A stretch of 64,000 nt of DNA from Parcubacteria group bacterium LiPW_30 (GCA_007375595.1 VMEP01000001.1:479184-543183); one strand, 5' to 3'. Positions 1-10,171 are shown, counted from the first letter of the stretch. Notes: generated by a model not told the origin, from the sequence alone. A program made the numbers and translations.

Positions 1-495
1 TCTATGGGCACTGATGTTGCCGGGGTTAATGCAAAACTTACAGTAGAGGAAAGAGACAAGCTTTTTGAGACGGCAATGAAAGAGTACGGACTTATTTACA
101 TTGAAGATCCTTACGAAGAAAACGACTTTGCTTCTTTTGCAAAAATGAAGGCTCTTTATGGTGATAAATTAATCGTGACGGGAGATGACCTTACTGTGAC
201 AAATTCAGAATTAATGCGCACAGCAGAAAGAAATAAAAGTATTAACGGAGTCATAATAAAACCAAATCAGATTGGAAGCGTTTCAGAAGCAATGGAAGCA
301 GTACGGACGGCGAATAGTTTTGGCTGGAAAGTTATTGCATCACACAGAAGCGGTGAAACAGAAGATACCTTTATCGCGGATTTTGCTTATGCCGTTGGGG
401 CGTTTGGGTTAAAGCTCGGTGTTCCGACGCAGGCTGTTAGGCACGTAAAATATGATCGTTTGCTGGAAATAGATAAAGAAGTTTCCGGTATTTAA
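1..495 (+). CDS. eno: Enolase, C-terminal portion (gene begins upstream of window)
   Basis: Translated ORF contains the enolase C-terminal TIM-barrel signature SHRSGETEDTFIADFAYA and runs in frame to the window edge. Confidence 0.85.
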   Translation, partial: SMGTDVAGVNAKLTVEERDKLFETAMKEYGLIYIEDPYEENDFASFAKMKALYGDKLIVTGDDLTVTNSELMRTAERNKSINGVIIKPNQIGSVSEAMEAVRTANSFGWKVIASHRSGETEDTFIADFAYAVGAFGLKLGVPTQAVRHVKYDRLLEIDKEVSGI

Positions 496-517
496 AAGTA
501 TATTATTTTAATTTTTT

Positions 518-588
518 CGGGGTATAGTATACCGGTAGTACGCGCGTTTCGGGTGCGCGAAGACTGGGTTCGATTCCCAGTACCCCGA
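518..588 (+). tRNA. tRNA-Pro (anticodon CGG)
   Basis: Manual fold: acceptor CGGGGTA/TACCCCG with C1:G72 and A73 (bacterial tRNA-Pro identity), D-stem GTAT/GTAC, anticodon stem CGCGT/GCGCG with loop TTCGGGT, T-arm CTGGG-TTCGATT-CCCAG. No encoded CCA. Confidence 0.7.
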
Positions 589-593
589 TTTAT

Positions 594-1178
594 ATGCTTA
601 ATAAAATAATTAATTTTACAAAGTTATTAAATAAATTCCGCTCTGTTGAGCGGGTTGTTTTAGTTAACGAAAAAGAAAGAAATGAAAATGATGTAGAACA
701 CAGTTATTATATGGCGATGCTTGCTTGGTATATCGTAAATGTTAATAAACTAGATTTGGATATTAATTTAGTTATTAAGTACGCACTGATACATGATTTT
801 GTTGAAGTTTATGCGGGTGATACTTATATATATTCTTCTGATAAGGCTCATATAGAAAGTAAAGAAAAACGGGAAAAAGAAGCAGCAGAGAAACTGCAAA
901 AAGATTTTTCTGAGTTTGAAGATATGCACACGTTAATTGAGAAGTACGAAAAAAGAGAAGATAAAGAGAGTAGGTTTGTTTATGCTTTAGACAAAATACA
1001 ACCGATGGTAAATATTTATACCGACAATGGTCGTTCTTGGAAAGTTAATAAAGTTAAGTTACAAATGCTTGTTGATCATAAAAAAGACAAGGTTGTTGTT
1101 TCCCCAGAGGTGAAAAAGTATTTTGAGGATTTAATTGAATTATTAAAAAAGGAAGAAAAAGACTTATTTAACGCTTAA
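594..1178 (+). CDS. HD-domain phosphohydrolase (YfbR-like 5'-nucleotidase family)
   Basis: HD motif residues in HSYYMAM...IHDFVEVYAGD. Family assignment by motif only. Confidence 0.55.
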   Translation: MLNKIINFTKLLNKFRSVERVVLVNEKERNENDVEHSYYMAMLAWYIVNVNKLDLDINLVIKYALIHDFVEVYAGDTYIYSSDKAHIESKEKREKEAAEKLQKDFSEFEDMHTLIEKYEKREDKESRFVYALDKIQPMVNIYTDNGRSWKVNKVKLQMLVDHKKDKVVVSPEVKKYFEDLIELLKKEEKDLFNA

Positions 1179-1204
1179 TTTACACGTGTTATAATACATA
1201 AACT

Positions 1205-1933
1205 ATGTCAGTAATTATTTTTATTTTATTCACACTTATTTCATCGTTTCTTGGCGGTTTAATTGCCTTTAAGTATCGTGATCATTTGCACATAGTTTTG
1301 GGCTTTACCGCAGGCATCCTTCTTTCTGTTGTTGCTTTTGACTTGATGCCAGAGATTATGGATATGACAGCAGAACTTGCCATTGACCCGCTAGTACCAA
1401 TGGTTGCGCTTATTGCTGGATTTTTCATTTTTCACATACTTGAAAAAGCAGTTTTGGTACACCACGCAAACGAAGACCAATACGGCCCGCATACCCACCC
1501 AACGGTTGGGATTGTTTCTGCTTTGGCGCTTGCCGCACATTCATTTTTGGACGGTGTTGGTATTGGTTTAGGATTTCAGGTCTCACCAGCTTTAGGGATG
1601 CTCGTTTCTTTGGGGGTGATTTCCCACGCATTCTCTGACGGGTTAAACACAGTGACCCTTATGCTTCAGCATAAAAACCCAACAAAGAAAGTTTTTATAT
1701 TTTTAGGAATTGTGGCATTTGCCCCCGTTTTAGGAGGACTTTCAACTTTGTTCTTTACGGTTCCGGCAGAAATTTTACTTATCTATCTAGGATTTTTTGC
1801 TGGATTTTTCCTTTATATTGGAGCATCAGAGGTTTTACCAGAAGCACATAGCCAAAGACCGTCTGGAAGCGCAGTGTTAGCAACAATTGCTGGTGTTGTT
1901 CTAATGTTTACTGCGACATTGCTCGCACACTAA
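1205..1933 (+). CDS. zupT: ZIP-family divalent metal transporter (ZupT-like)
   Basis: Multi-TM protein with ZIP signature HSFLDGVGIGLGF and HAFSDGLN. Confidence 0.6.
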   Translation: MSVIIFILFTLISSFLGGLIAFKYRDHLHIVLGFTAGILLSVVAFDLMPEIMDMTAELAIDPLVPMVALIAGFFIFHILEKAVLVHHANEDQYGPHTHPTVGIVSALALAAHSFLDGVGIGLGFQVSPALGMLVSLGVISHAFSDGLNTVTLMLQHKNPTKKVFIFLGIVAFAPVLGGLSTLFFTVPAEILLIYLGFFAGFFLYIGASEVLPEAHSQRPSGSAVLATIAGVVLMFTATLLAH

Positions 1934-1940
1934 GGTTATT

Positions 1941-2759
1941 ATGGAAACAAAAAAACTAAATATATTTGTAACGATTGCGATGTTGGTTTTTGTTTTCGTT
2001 CCAGTTTTTTCTTTTGCAGAAGATACTATGGTTAAAAATGCCGGTTTTGCTCCTGGCAATATTTGGTTTTCGCAAAATGATTTTACTCCAGGGAGTACGG
2101 TTAAGGTTTACACAATTCTTTGGAATGGAGGAAAAGATACGATTACCGGTGAAGTTGTCTTTTATGATAATGCTTCGGTTGTGGGGAAGGTCGCCTTTTC
2201 ACTATCTTCTTTAGGAACAAAAATCGCGTCAGCGGATTGGAAGGTAACTGACGGATATCATAAAGTTTATGCTGTTGTTGGAACTTCGAAAATAGGAACC
2301 AGTGGAGCAACCCTTGAATATGCAAAAACAGACGAGAGTGAACATTTTATTGGCGCGCCAATAAAATCAACTAGTCCAACTACTACCGCGCAACAAATTG
2401 TTAATGAGAAAGTTAATTTTGCAAAAGAATACGCCGTAGAAAATTTACCAACGCCAATTACTGAAACCACGCAGTCATTTTTTGGTAAGGTTGAACCAAT
2501 GAGAACTAGTGTAAAAACATGGACCGATAGCACTTCTGCTAACGTTCGCAAAGACATAGAAAATTTAGATGAGAAGATAAAAAATAATGAAGGAAAGACC
2601 GATGTTTGGTCTATGGTCAAAAAACCACTAGATTACGTTTATATTTTCGGCTTAACAATAATCGGATTAGTTCTTGGTAACTCAATTATTTTTTATACAG
2701 TCTCTTTTGTTTTAGTGTTTTTATTTTTACGTTTTATTAAAAGGAGATTTATTTTTTGA
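1941..2759 (+). CDS. Hypothetical secreted protein with C-terminal membrane anchor
   Basis: N-terminal signal-like hydrophobic segment, C-terminal TM helix. No recognisable domain. Confidence 0.45.
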   Translation: METKKLNIFVTIAMLVFVFVPVFSFAEDTMVKNAGFAPGNIWFSQNDFTPGSTVKVYTILWNGGKDTITGEVVFYDNASVVGKVAFSLSSLGTKIASADWKVTDGYHKVYAVVGTSKIGTSGATLEYAKTDESEHFIGAPIKSTSPTTTAQQIVNEKVNFAKEYAVENLPTPITETTQSFFGKVEPMRTSVKTWTDSTSANVRKDIENLDEKIKNNEGKTDVWSMVKKPLDYVYIFGLTIIGLVLGNSIIFYTVSFVLVFLFLRFIKRRFIF

Positions 2760-2799
2760 CCTAATTGAAAAATTTTGGCAGAGTGCATGGGTTAAACAA

Positions 2800-3996
2800 A
2801 TGAAACCAGTTAAATTTACTATTGATAAGAAAATATCAGGGGGCCTAGGTAGGGCTGGAACTATTATTACCCCTCATGGAGCACTTGAAACTCCGGTTTT
2901 TATTGTGGTCGGGACTAAAGGGAGTGTGAAGTCTCTTACCACTGAGCAAGTGTTAGGGCTAGGCGGGCAATCAGTTTTAGCGAATACATATCATCTTTAT
3001 CTTGAGCCGGGAGATGAACTTGTAAAAAATTCTGGTGGTTTAGGAAAATTTATGAATTGGGAAGGACCCACTTTTACAGACTCTGGCGGTTTTCAAGTTT
3101 TCTCTCTTGGTGCTGCTATGGGGAAAAGTGTTGGCAAAATCGCTACTGGAGAAGAAATCGCGGAATATACCGATGAGGGAAATTTTGGGGGTAAGCTCGC
3201 GCAAATAGACGAAGAAGGCGTAACATTCAGGTCTTTTATGAACGGTAGCGAACATCGTTTTACCCCAGAGCGTTCTATGGAGATACAGCAAAATTTGGGA
3301 GCCGATATTATTTTTGCTTTTGATGAGTGTACTTCACCGATGGCGCCTAAGGAATATCAAATGCAGGCTATGGAGAGAACACACCGCTGGGCAAAAAGAT
3401 GTTTGGAGTCGCACAGTAAAATTGATCAAGCATTGTTTGGGGTAATCCAAGGTGGTCGCTTTGAAGATTTAAGAAAAGAAAGCGCTAAAGTTCTCGCAGG
3501 TCTTGAGGTTAATGGTAAAACTTTTGACGGTTTTGGTATTGGTGGATCATTCGTCAAAGAGGATATGGCAACGGCCGTAAGATGGGTTAATGAAATTTTA
3601 CCAGAAGATAAGCCAAGACATTTACTTGGGGTGGGGGAACCAGAAGATTTGTTTCTAGGAGTAGAAAATGGATGTGATACGTTTGATTGTGTCGCCCCGA
3701 CACGTCAAGGTAGGAATGGTAATTTTTATACAAACGAAGGAAGGATAATAATACAAAACTCGAAATTCAGAGAAGATTTGAGCCCTGTTGAAAAAGATTG
3801 CGGTTGCTATGCCTGTAAAAATTTTAGTAAGGCCTACATAGCACATCTTTTTAGGGCTAAGGAAATGCTCGGTCCAACATTAGGTTCAATCCATAATCTT
3901 TACTTCATAGTTAATTTGGTAAAGAAAATTAGACAGTCAATTTTGGATGGCAATTTTCCACAGTTTAAAGAAGAATTTTTAGGGAAATATCGTTAG
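2800..3996 (+). CDS. tgt: Queuine tRNA-ribosyltransferase
   Basis: GVGEPEDLFLGVENGCDTFDCVAPTRQGRNG plus the zinc site CGCYACKNFSKAYIAHL. Confidence 0.85.
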   Translation: MKPVKFTIDKKISGGLGRAGTIITPHGALETPVFIVVGTKGSVKSLTTEQVLGLGGQSVLANTYHLYLEPGDELVKNSGGLGKFMNWEGPTFTDSGGFQVFSLGAAMGKSVGKIATGEEIAEYTDEGNFGGKLAQIDEEGVTFRSFMNGSEHRFTPERSMEIQQNLGADIIFAFDECTSPMAPKEYQMQAMERTHRWAKRCLESHSKIDQALFGVIQGGRFEDLRKESAKVLAGLEVNGKTFDGFGIGGSFVKEDMATAVRWVNEILPEDKPRHLLGVGEPEDLFLGVENGCDTFDCVAPTRQGRNGNFYTNEGRIIIQNSKFREDLSPVEKDCGCYACKNFSKAYIAHLFRAKEMLGPTLGSIHNLYFIVNLVKKIRQSILDGNFPQFKEEFLGKYR

Positions 3997-4025
3997 TTGA
4001 CGCAGACATATTTTTGTTGTATCTT
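3997..4025 (+). promoter_or_regulatory. sigma70-like promoter (TTGACG-17 nt-TATCTT) for the downstream small gene
   Basis: -35/-10 spacing read directly from the sequence. No experimental support. Confidence 0.4.
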
Positions 4026-4063
4026 CTTTGGAAGAGCACTTTAACGAACAGGGGAGAGCTAAT

Positions 4064-4417
4064 ATGTCACGGGCAGGTTTCACTTGGTGGTTTACACTTG
4101 TTTTTCAGAGCATAGTTCATTTCGTCGTCGTAATGATTTCCGTTTTTTCGGCGCACGGTGACGGAATAAAACTGATGTATATTTACGTATTTCTCTCTAT
4201 TGTTTTCTGTAACCCAACAAAGGTTATGCCACTTCGGTCCTTTCCGGCGCTGGCAGTTCTTGTTTTCTTTGGTGGAGGGGTGGCTTTGATGTTAATGACA
4301 GGGTCCATCTTTTCCTTCCTTGTCACACACGTTGCCTACCTTCTAGTTGGATACAACCTGTTTGCGATGAAGGGGTGTAGTTTTCAGAAAGCGATTACAC
4401 CATGGGTACGAGAGTGA
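4064..4417 (+). CDS. Small hydrophobic membrane protein (about 117 aa), GC-richer than its surroundings
   Basis: ATG at 4064 is preceded by GGGGAGAG. The ORF-track start at 4028 is a TTG only 3 nt after the -10. Followed by an intrinsic terminator. Content is W/F-rich and unusual, so a non-coding alternative was considered. Confidence 0.4.
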   Translation: MSRAGFTWWFTLVFQSIVHFVVVMISVFSAHGDGIKLMYIYVFLSIVFCNPTKVMPLRSFPALAVLVFFGGGVALMLMTGSIFSFLVTHVAYLLVGYNLFAMKGCSFQKAITPWVRE

Positions 4418-4450
4418 AAATAGCCTATGGCCTTGGCTCATTGCCGGTCT

Positions 4451-4488
4451 GCCGTCGAAAATAAAATATCGACGGCTTTCCTTTTTGT
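4451..4488 (+). terminator. Intrinsic terminator (GCCGTCGA...TCGACGGC plus T-tract)
   Basis: Perfect 8-bp GC-rich stem followed by TTTCCTTTTTGT. Confidence 0.6.
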
Positions 4489-4515
4489 CTCACTACAGTA
4501 TTATTCATTTTACAT

Positions 4516-6591
4516 ATGTCAGTTTTTAAACTATCAAAACACTTTACCCCAGCCGGAGATCAGCCGAAGGCTGTCTCTGCGCTTACAAAGGGCCTCAAAA
4601 AAGGTTTTAAGAAGCAAACCCTGCTTGGTGTGACTGGTTCCGGAAAAACCTTCACCATGGCAAACATAATCGCAAACGAGGGTAAGCCAACTCTTGTGAT
4701 TGCTCATAACAAAACCCTTGCTGCTCAGTTGGCGCAAGAGTATAAAGAGTTTTTTCCAGAGAATGCGGTACATTATTTTGTTTCCTATTATGACTACTAT
4801 CAACCGGAGGCTTATATGCCTGTGACAGACACCTATATTGAAAAAGATGCTCAGATTAATGAAGAAATAGATCGATTAAGACACGCTTCCACTCAGGCGC
4901 TAATGTCGCGTCGTGATGTGGTAATTGTTGCTTCTGTCTCATGTATTTATGGTTTGGGTAGCCCAGAAGAATATCGTAAGGAGAACTTTGAAATTAAGGT
5001 TGGAGATTCTACTGACCGCCAAGAATTAATTAAGCGTCTTATAAGCATCCATTTTGAAAGAACGAATGCAGACATAAATCCTGGAGAATTTAGGAGTATT
5101 GGTTCGCGGGTTGAAATAATGCCAGTCTCCGAGCGATATGTTTTGAATGTTGATATTAATGATGGAAAAATATCAAATATTATTGTTGTTGATCCAGTAT
5201 CACAAAAAATTATTGGTGAAGAAAAAAGTGTTTTTCTTTTTCCAGCAAAACATTTTCTTACAGAAAAATCACAGCGTGAACGGGCAATAAAAATTATAAA
5301 AAAAGAATTAGCTGATACTTTAAAAAAATTTGAAAAAGAAGGAAAGTTGCTTGAAGCAGACAGATTAAAGCGCCGAACCAATTATGACATGGCAATGATT
5401 CGTGAGGTTGGATATTGTTCTGGAATTGAGAACTATTCAAGACCACTTTCTGGAAGACCTGCGGGGGCGGCGCCAGATACATTGCTTTCTTATTTCCCAA
5501 AAACAAAAGACGGGAAACCAGATTTTTTGACTATCATAGATGAGTCCCATGTGACATTGCCACAATTGCGTGGAATGCAGGCGGGGGATTTTTCTCGAAA
5601 GAAAACACTTGTTGAGCACGGGTTTCGTTTACCATCTGCCGTTGATAATCGTCCTTTAAATTTTAAGGAGTTTGAAGAACGTATCGGAGAAGTGATTTAT
5701 ACGTCAGCAACACCAAGTGAGCTCGAGATGACGACAAGTGAACAAATCGTTGAACAAATCATTCGCCCGACTGGGTTGGTTGATCCTGAAATTACAATAA
5801 GACCAATTTCTGCAAAAGGCGTATATGGAGCTAAATCATCCGCCGAGGGGGCGGATGATCGCCCGACCCATTCGCAGAATGGGTATAGGGGTCAAATTGA
5901 AGATTTCATGACTGAAACAAAGAAGGTGACTGCAAAAGGAGAGCGTTCTATTGCAACAACTTTAACCAAAAAAATGGCAGAAGAATTAAGTACATATTTA
6001 AAAGATCAAGGAATTAAAGCGGAGTATTTACATAGCGACATTAAGACAATAGACCGAATTAAAATATTATCGGAATTTCGTCGTGGAACTTTTGACTGTT
6101 TGGTTGGGGTCAACTTACTCCGTGAGGGTTTGGATTTACCAGAAGTTTCCTTCATTGGTATTTTAGATGCAGACAAAGAAGGCTTTTTACGTTCGGCTGT
6201 TTCTTTGATTCAAACTATCGGACGCGCTGCTAGAAATTCTGCTGGGCGAGTAACTCTTTATGCTGACATAGAAACTGATTCAATGAAGAAAGCTATTGGG
6301 GAAACAAATCGTCGTAGAGTTATTCAAATTGCCTATAATAAAGAACATGGCATTACTCCAACAACGATAAAAAAGAAAATTCACGACATTGCTGAACACT
6401 TGGAAAGTAATCACGATAAGTCTGTTAGATTTAACTTAAGTATAGATGAACAAATTTTTCAAAAAAATCCCAAGAAGCTTATTAAACTAAAAGAAAAAGA
6501 AATGAGTATCGCAGTGAAAGAGTTAGACTTCGAGTCGGCAGCGATATTGCGTGATGAAATATTAGCGCTTAAAAATAAGCTCGGGGAATAA
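4516..6591 (+). CDS. uvrB: Excinuclease ABC subunit B
   Basis: Full-length UvrB helicase motifs (GVTGSGKT, DESH, UVR domain at C-terminus). Confidence 0.9.
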   Translation: MSVFKLSKHFTPAGDQPKAVSALTKGLKKGFKKQTLLGVTGSGKTFTMANIIANEGKPTLVIAHNKTLAAQLAQEYKEFFPENAVHYFVSYYDYYQPEAYMPVTDTYIEKDAQINEEIDRLRHASTQALMSRRDVVIVASVSCIYGLGSPEEYRKENFEIKVGDSTDRQELIKRLISIHFERTNADINPGEFRSIGSRVEIMPVSERYVLNVDINDGKISNIIVVDPVSQKIIGEEKSVFLFPAKHFLTEKSQRERAIKIIKKELADTLKKFEKEGKLLEADRLKRRTNYDMAMIREVGYCSGIENYSRPLSGRPAGAAPDTLLSYFPKTKDGKPDFLTIIDESHVTLPQLRGMQAGDFSRKKTLVEHGFRLPSAVDNRPLNFKEFEERIGEVIYTSATPSELEMTTSEQIVEQIIRPTGLVDPEITIRPISAKGVYGAKSSAEGADDRPTHSQNGYRGQIEDFMTETKKVTAKGERSIATTLTKKMAEELSTYLKDQGIKAEYLHSDIKTIDRIKILSEFRRGTFDCLVGVNLLREGLDLPEVSFIGILDADKEGFLRSAVSLIQTIGRAARNSAGRVTLYADIETDSMKKAIGETNRRRVIQIAYNKEHGITPTTIKKKIHDIAEHLESNHDKSVRFNLSIDEQIFQKNPKKLIKLKEKEMSIAVKELDFESAAILRDEILALKNKLGE

Positions 6592-6657
6592 TAAGTAAGA
6601 ATTGCAAAGAAATTTATACTGATGTATAAGTAAGAAATTAGTTCTTTTACTTACTTG

Positions 6658-6721
6658 TTTACCACAGCTGGAAGCGCCTCTATCTACTAAATAGTTCTAG
6701 TCATTTCCAGCTGTGGTAAAC
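6658..6721. repeat. 17-bp inverted repeat GTTTACCACAGCTGGAA / TTCCAGCTGTGGTAAAC separated by 30 bp
   Basis: 17/18 bp complementary arms immediately upstream of the GC-rich ORF at 6771. Possible operator or structured leader. Confidence 0.6.
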
Positions 6722-6770
6722 TTTCACAACGAAAGAACCCTCCAGCATTAATTACACGAAAGGAACAGCC

Positions 6771-7448
6771 ATGGATTCTCATGGAACACCCTCTTGTACC
6801 AACGGGCAATTTGCTACTTTGGCGAGCCGTATTGTCACTGCTTTGCCGAAGGCGATAAAACTGACAGGTCTTGATCCGAAAGTTATCCTCAACCACACAA
6901 GCCAGGGGGAGCGTCTCTCTCTCGCTGTCGCCGAAGCAATCAACATGTTGTACAACGGAAGCGCTAAAACGATTCCGGTGGATGCGGATTTCATTTACGT
7001 TACGGAAGTAACGGTTCCGGCGATAACGAAACGCATGGACCCGAAGGAGTTTTTCAAAAATTCTGCCGGCTGTGATTTCCGGATATTGCCGTCTGTTAGC
7101 GCAATTGATTCGGCGCCGGAGGCCAGTTTTGAGGTTTTTCGTCTCATGCGCAATGTTCACGAGTCAGACATTGTTGAAAAACTCAAGGACTACGATCTTG
7201 CCGAGTGGTACCACTTTGCGGTCCTTGTTGAGAATCAGGTTGACGGGAACGATGGACCGCTTACCATAAACGGGAGAGCAAACATCTTCCACGTTCGAGG
7301 TGGTAGTGATGAAGTTTTCATCTTTGGCGCCCACTGGAAGCCAGCTGGTTTTGACGAGTGGGAAACAAACGAATACCTCCCCGAAGAGGTGTCCCTGGCG
7401 GGCAGGTGGCGTGCTGGTAGCCTCGTTTTTCTCCGGCTTCGACCGTAG
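6771..7448 (+). CDS. Hypothetical protein (225 aa), GC-rich ORFan between uvrB and uvrA
   Basis: RBS AAAGGAA before the ATG and an intrinsic terminator downstream. About 50% GC against about 35% background. No recognisable motif. Confidence 0.5.
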   Translation: MDSHGTPSCTNGQFATLASRIVTALPKAIKLTGLDPKVILNHTSQGERLSLAVAEAINMLYNGSAKTIPVDADFIYVTEVTVPAITKRMDPKEFFKNSAGCDFRILPSVSAIDSAPEASFEVFRLMRNVHESDIVEKLKDYDLAEWYHFAVLVENQVDGNDGPLTINGRANIFHVRGGSDEVFIFGAHWKPAGFDEWETNEYLPEEVSLAGRWRAGSLVFLRLRP

Positions 7449-7472
7449 CTCTCTCTCGTTGTTGCAATGCCA

Positions 7473-7500
7473 AAGCCCCTTCTCGGGGCTTTGTTTTTTA
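7473..7500 (+). terminator. Intrinsic terminator (AAAGCCCC-TTCT-CGGGGCTTT plus T7)
   Basis: Stem-loop followed by TGTTTTTT. Confidence 0.65.
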
Positions 7501-7537
7501 CATCTTATTCATATATAGTTCACTCATATATACCCCT

Positions 7538-10171
7538 ATGAATGGTCGCGGGGTAGTTTTTAGCGTCATTATGAAAAAACCTGAACATAAAGAAATAGAT
7601 AAAATAATCGTCAAAGGGGCGAGAACTCATAATCTTAAAAATGTTACTGTTGAAATGCCACGTAATAAGATGGTTGTTTTTACTGGGTTATCTGGTTCAG
7701 GTAAATCATCTCTTGCTTTTGATACTATTTTTGCTGAAGGGCAACGTCGTTATGTTGAGTCTCTTTCTGCTTATGCTCGACAATTTTTACATCAAATGCA
7801 AAAGCCGGATGTTGATGAGATAATCGGACTTTCACCTGCAATTTCAATTGACCAAAAATCTCGCTCAAACAATCCTCGTTCAACAGTCGCGACTATTACT
7901 GAAATATACGATTACCTCCGTGTTCTTTATGCGCGTATTGGTAAACCATATTGTTTAGTTTGCGGAGAAAAAATTGAAAAACTTACAACCGAGGAGATTG
8001 TAAGTTTTGTTGTTGAGAAAATAGAAACAGCCACTCATTTTAAAGAGAAAAAAGTTTTAGGTGTTAAATATAGTGATGCAACAGTGCAGATTTTTTCTCC
8101 ACTTGTACGCGGGCGAAAAGGGGAATATTACCAAATGCTTTACGACCTTCTTTCTCGTGGTTATACAAAAGTGCGTGTGGACGGAGAATTAAAAAATCTT
8201 CGTGAGAGAATCGCTCTTTCAAAAACAAAAAAACATACGATTGAGGTTCTCGTTGATGAAATTGGTGTAGTTGAATTTAAAGATAATCAAAAACAAGCAG
8301 AGACAAGACTTGCTGAAGCGATAGAGCGCGCAGTTCTAGAATCAGAGGGATTGGTTTCGGGAGTGGTTTCAGGTGAAGAGTTTATTATGTCGGCTAGATT
8401 TTCTTGCCCTAAAGATGGATTTTCTTATCCAGAAATTGAACCGAGATTATTTTCGTTTAATTCGCCATACGGGGCTTGCCCGAAGTGTAATGGTTTAGGC
8501 ACTAAACATTTGTTTGGAGATGAGCCGTGTGATACGTGTGCTGGCGCGCGCTTGAGGCCAGAGGCTTTGAATGTGTACATAGGAGGACCAAAAGGGGTCG
8601 GCAAGAACATAGTTGATTTTACTGATCTATCAATTTTAAAGGCGAATGATTTCGTTAAAGGATTAAAGCTTACAGCTAAAGAAAAAAATATTGCTAGTGT
8701 TGTTTTTAAAGAAATTGAAGCAAGGCTTACTTTCATGCTCGACGTTGGTCTTGATTACCTAACACTCAATCGTCGCGCTAATACGCTTTCTGGTGGTGAA
8801 GCGCAGCGTATTAGGCTTGCCTCACAGCTTGGTTCTCGTTTGGTAGGGGCGTTATATGTTCTTGATGAACCAACAATTGGGCTTCATCAACGCGACAATG
8901 ATCGTTTAATAAAAACACTTCAAGATTTGCGTAATATGGGCAACACAATAATTGTTGTTGAACATGACGAAGATACAATTTTTTCAGCAGATTATCTTGT
9001 TGACATTGGTCCAGGTGCTGGAATTCACGGAGGGAATATTGTTGTCGCTGGTGATCTAGAAGAATTGTTAACCGCCAAGAAAAATGATTCCAAATCTTTA
9101 ACGCTCGCGTATCTTCGTGGAGAGGTAAAAATTGAGGTGCCAGAGGGAAGGCGAGACAAAGACAAAGGAACTCTTCGAATTGCTGGAGGGAAAGTTTTTA
9201 ATATAAAGAATCTTAATGTTGACGTTCCGCTCGGCAGACTTTCTATCGTGACAGGGGTATCTGGTTCTGGAAAATCGTCTTTCCTTTATGAAATTTTATA
9301 TCGCAATTTACAAGCGCGACTTGAGCGCCGTTATCGAAGTAATAAAATCTATAACTGCTCTGGTTTTACTGGAACAGAATACCTTTCGCGCGTGATAATG
9401 ATTAATCAATCTCCAATCGGGAGAACACCAAGGTCAAACCCAGCCACTTATACTGGCTCATTTACGTTTATTCGCGAATTATTCGCTTCGACAGAAGAGG
9501 CACGTACACGAGGGTGGAAGGCCAATAGATTTTCTTTTAATGTGAAAGGTGGACGTTGTGAGGCATGCCAAGGAAACGGAGAAATCGCCGTAGAAATGCA
9601 CTTTTTACCTACAGTTTATGTAACTTGTGATATTTGTAATGGTAAAAGATTTGACAAAGAAACTCTCCATGTTAAATACAAAAAGAAAAATATCCACGAT
9701 ATTTTAAAAATGACGGTTGAGGAAGCACTTACATTTTTTGAAGATATTCCAGCAATTTACGACAGAATAAAAACACTCTCTGATGTTGGGTTGGGTTATT
9801 TGGAACTCGGACAATCAGCAACAACTCTTTCTGGCGGGGAAGCACAGCGTGTAAAAATATCGTCTGAACTTTATCGTCCACATGTTGAAAAAACGATTTA
9901 CCTCTTAGATGAACCGACAGTTGGCTTGCATTACGAAGATGTTCGTAAGCTTATAGAAATTTTGCAAAAACTTGTTGATAAGGGTAATACAGTTGTCGTG
10001 ATTGAACACAATATGGATGTTATAAAAAGCGCTGATTATGTTTTAGATTTTGGACCCGAAGGAGGAGATGGTGGTGGTAATCTTGTTGCTAAAGGGACAC
10101 CGGAAGATATCGCAAATAGTACGAAATCTCATACTGGGAAATATTTGAAAAAAGTTTTACGTAAAAATTAA
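7538..10171 (+). CDS. uvrA: Excinuclease ABC subunit A
   Basis: Two ABC ATPase modules (GLSGSGKSS / [14 protein letters not shown] signatures) and zinc-finger Cys clusters. Alternative start at 7571 (MKKPEHK). Confidence 0.9.
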   Translation: MNGRGVVFSVIMKKPEHKEIDKIIVKGARTHNLKNVTVEMPRNKMVVFTGLSGSGKSSLAFDTIFAEGQRRYVESLSAYARQFLHQMQKPDVDEIIGLSPAISIDQKSRSNNPRSTVATITEIYDYLRVLYARIGKPYCLVCGEKIEKLTTEEIVSFVVEKIETATHFKEKKVLGVKYSDATVQIFSPLVRGRKGEYYQMLYDLLSRGYTKVRVDGELKNLRERIALSKTKKHTIEVLVDEIGVVEFKDNQKQAETRLAEAIERAVLESEGLVSGVVSGEEFIMSARFSCPKDGFSYPEIEPRLFSFNSPYGACPKCNGLGTKHLFGDEPCDTCAGARLRPEALNVYIGGPKGVGKNIVDFTDLSILKANDFVKGLKLTAKEKNIASVVFKEIEARLTFMLDVGLDYLTLNRRANTLSGGEAQRIRLASQLGSRLVGALYVLDEPTIGLHQRDNDRLIKTLQDLRNMGNTIIVVEHDEDTIFSADYLVDIGPGAGIHGGNIVVAGDLEELLTAKKNDSKSLTLAYLRGEVKIEVPEGRRDKDKGTLRIAGGKVFNIKNLNVDVPLGRLSIVTGVSGSGKSSFLYEILYRNLQARLERRYRSNKIYNCSGFTGTEYLSRVIMINQSPIGRTPRSNPATYTGSFTFIRELFASTEEARTRGWKANRFSFNVKGGRCEACQGNGEIAVEMHFLPTVYVTCDICNGKRFDKETLHVKYKKKNIHDILKMTVEEALTFFEDIPAIYDRIKTLSDVGLGYLELGQSATTLSGGEAQRVKISSELYRPHVEKTIYLLDEPTVGLHYEDVRKLIEILQKLVDKGNTVVVIEHNMDVIKSADYVLDFGPEGGDGGGNLVAKGTPEDIANSTKSHTGKYLKKVLRKN

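Noticed and set aside
1975-2620. Short ORFs (60-117 aa) nested in or antisense to the 1941-2759 gene
   Set aside because: They are fully contained within a longer ORF that has a signal peptide and a membrane anchor. They lack start context and are typical shadow ORFs.
4028-4417. Considered the tgt-uvrB interval to be a structured RNA rather than a protein gene
   Set aside because: An SD-preceded ATG at 4064 opens a continuous hydrophobic ORF. No recognisable RNA-family motifs. Retained as a low-confidence CDS, with the alternative recorded in findings.
6687-7160. 157-aa minus-strand ORF antisense to the 225-aa GC-rich gene
   Set aside because: No RBS. The downstream terminator orientation and the upstream RBS support the + strand ORF. 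Long antisense ORFs are expected in GC-rich DNA.
7538-7570. First ATG of the uvrA ORF ([11 protein letters not shown]...)
   Set aside because: Probably not the true start. The conserved UvrA N-terminus begins at MKKPEHK (7571). The feature keeps the ORF-track coordinates, with the alternative start noted.
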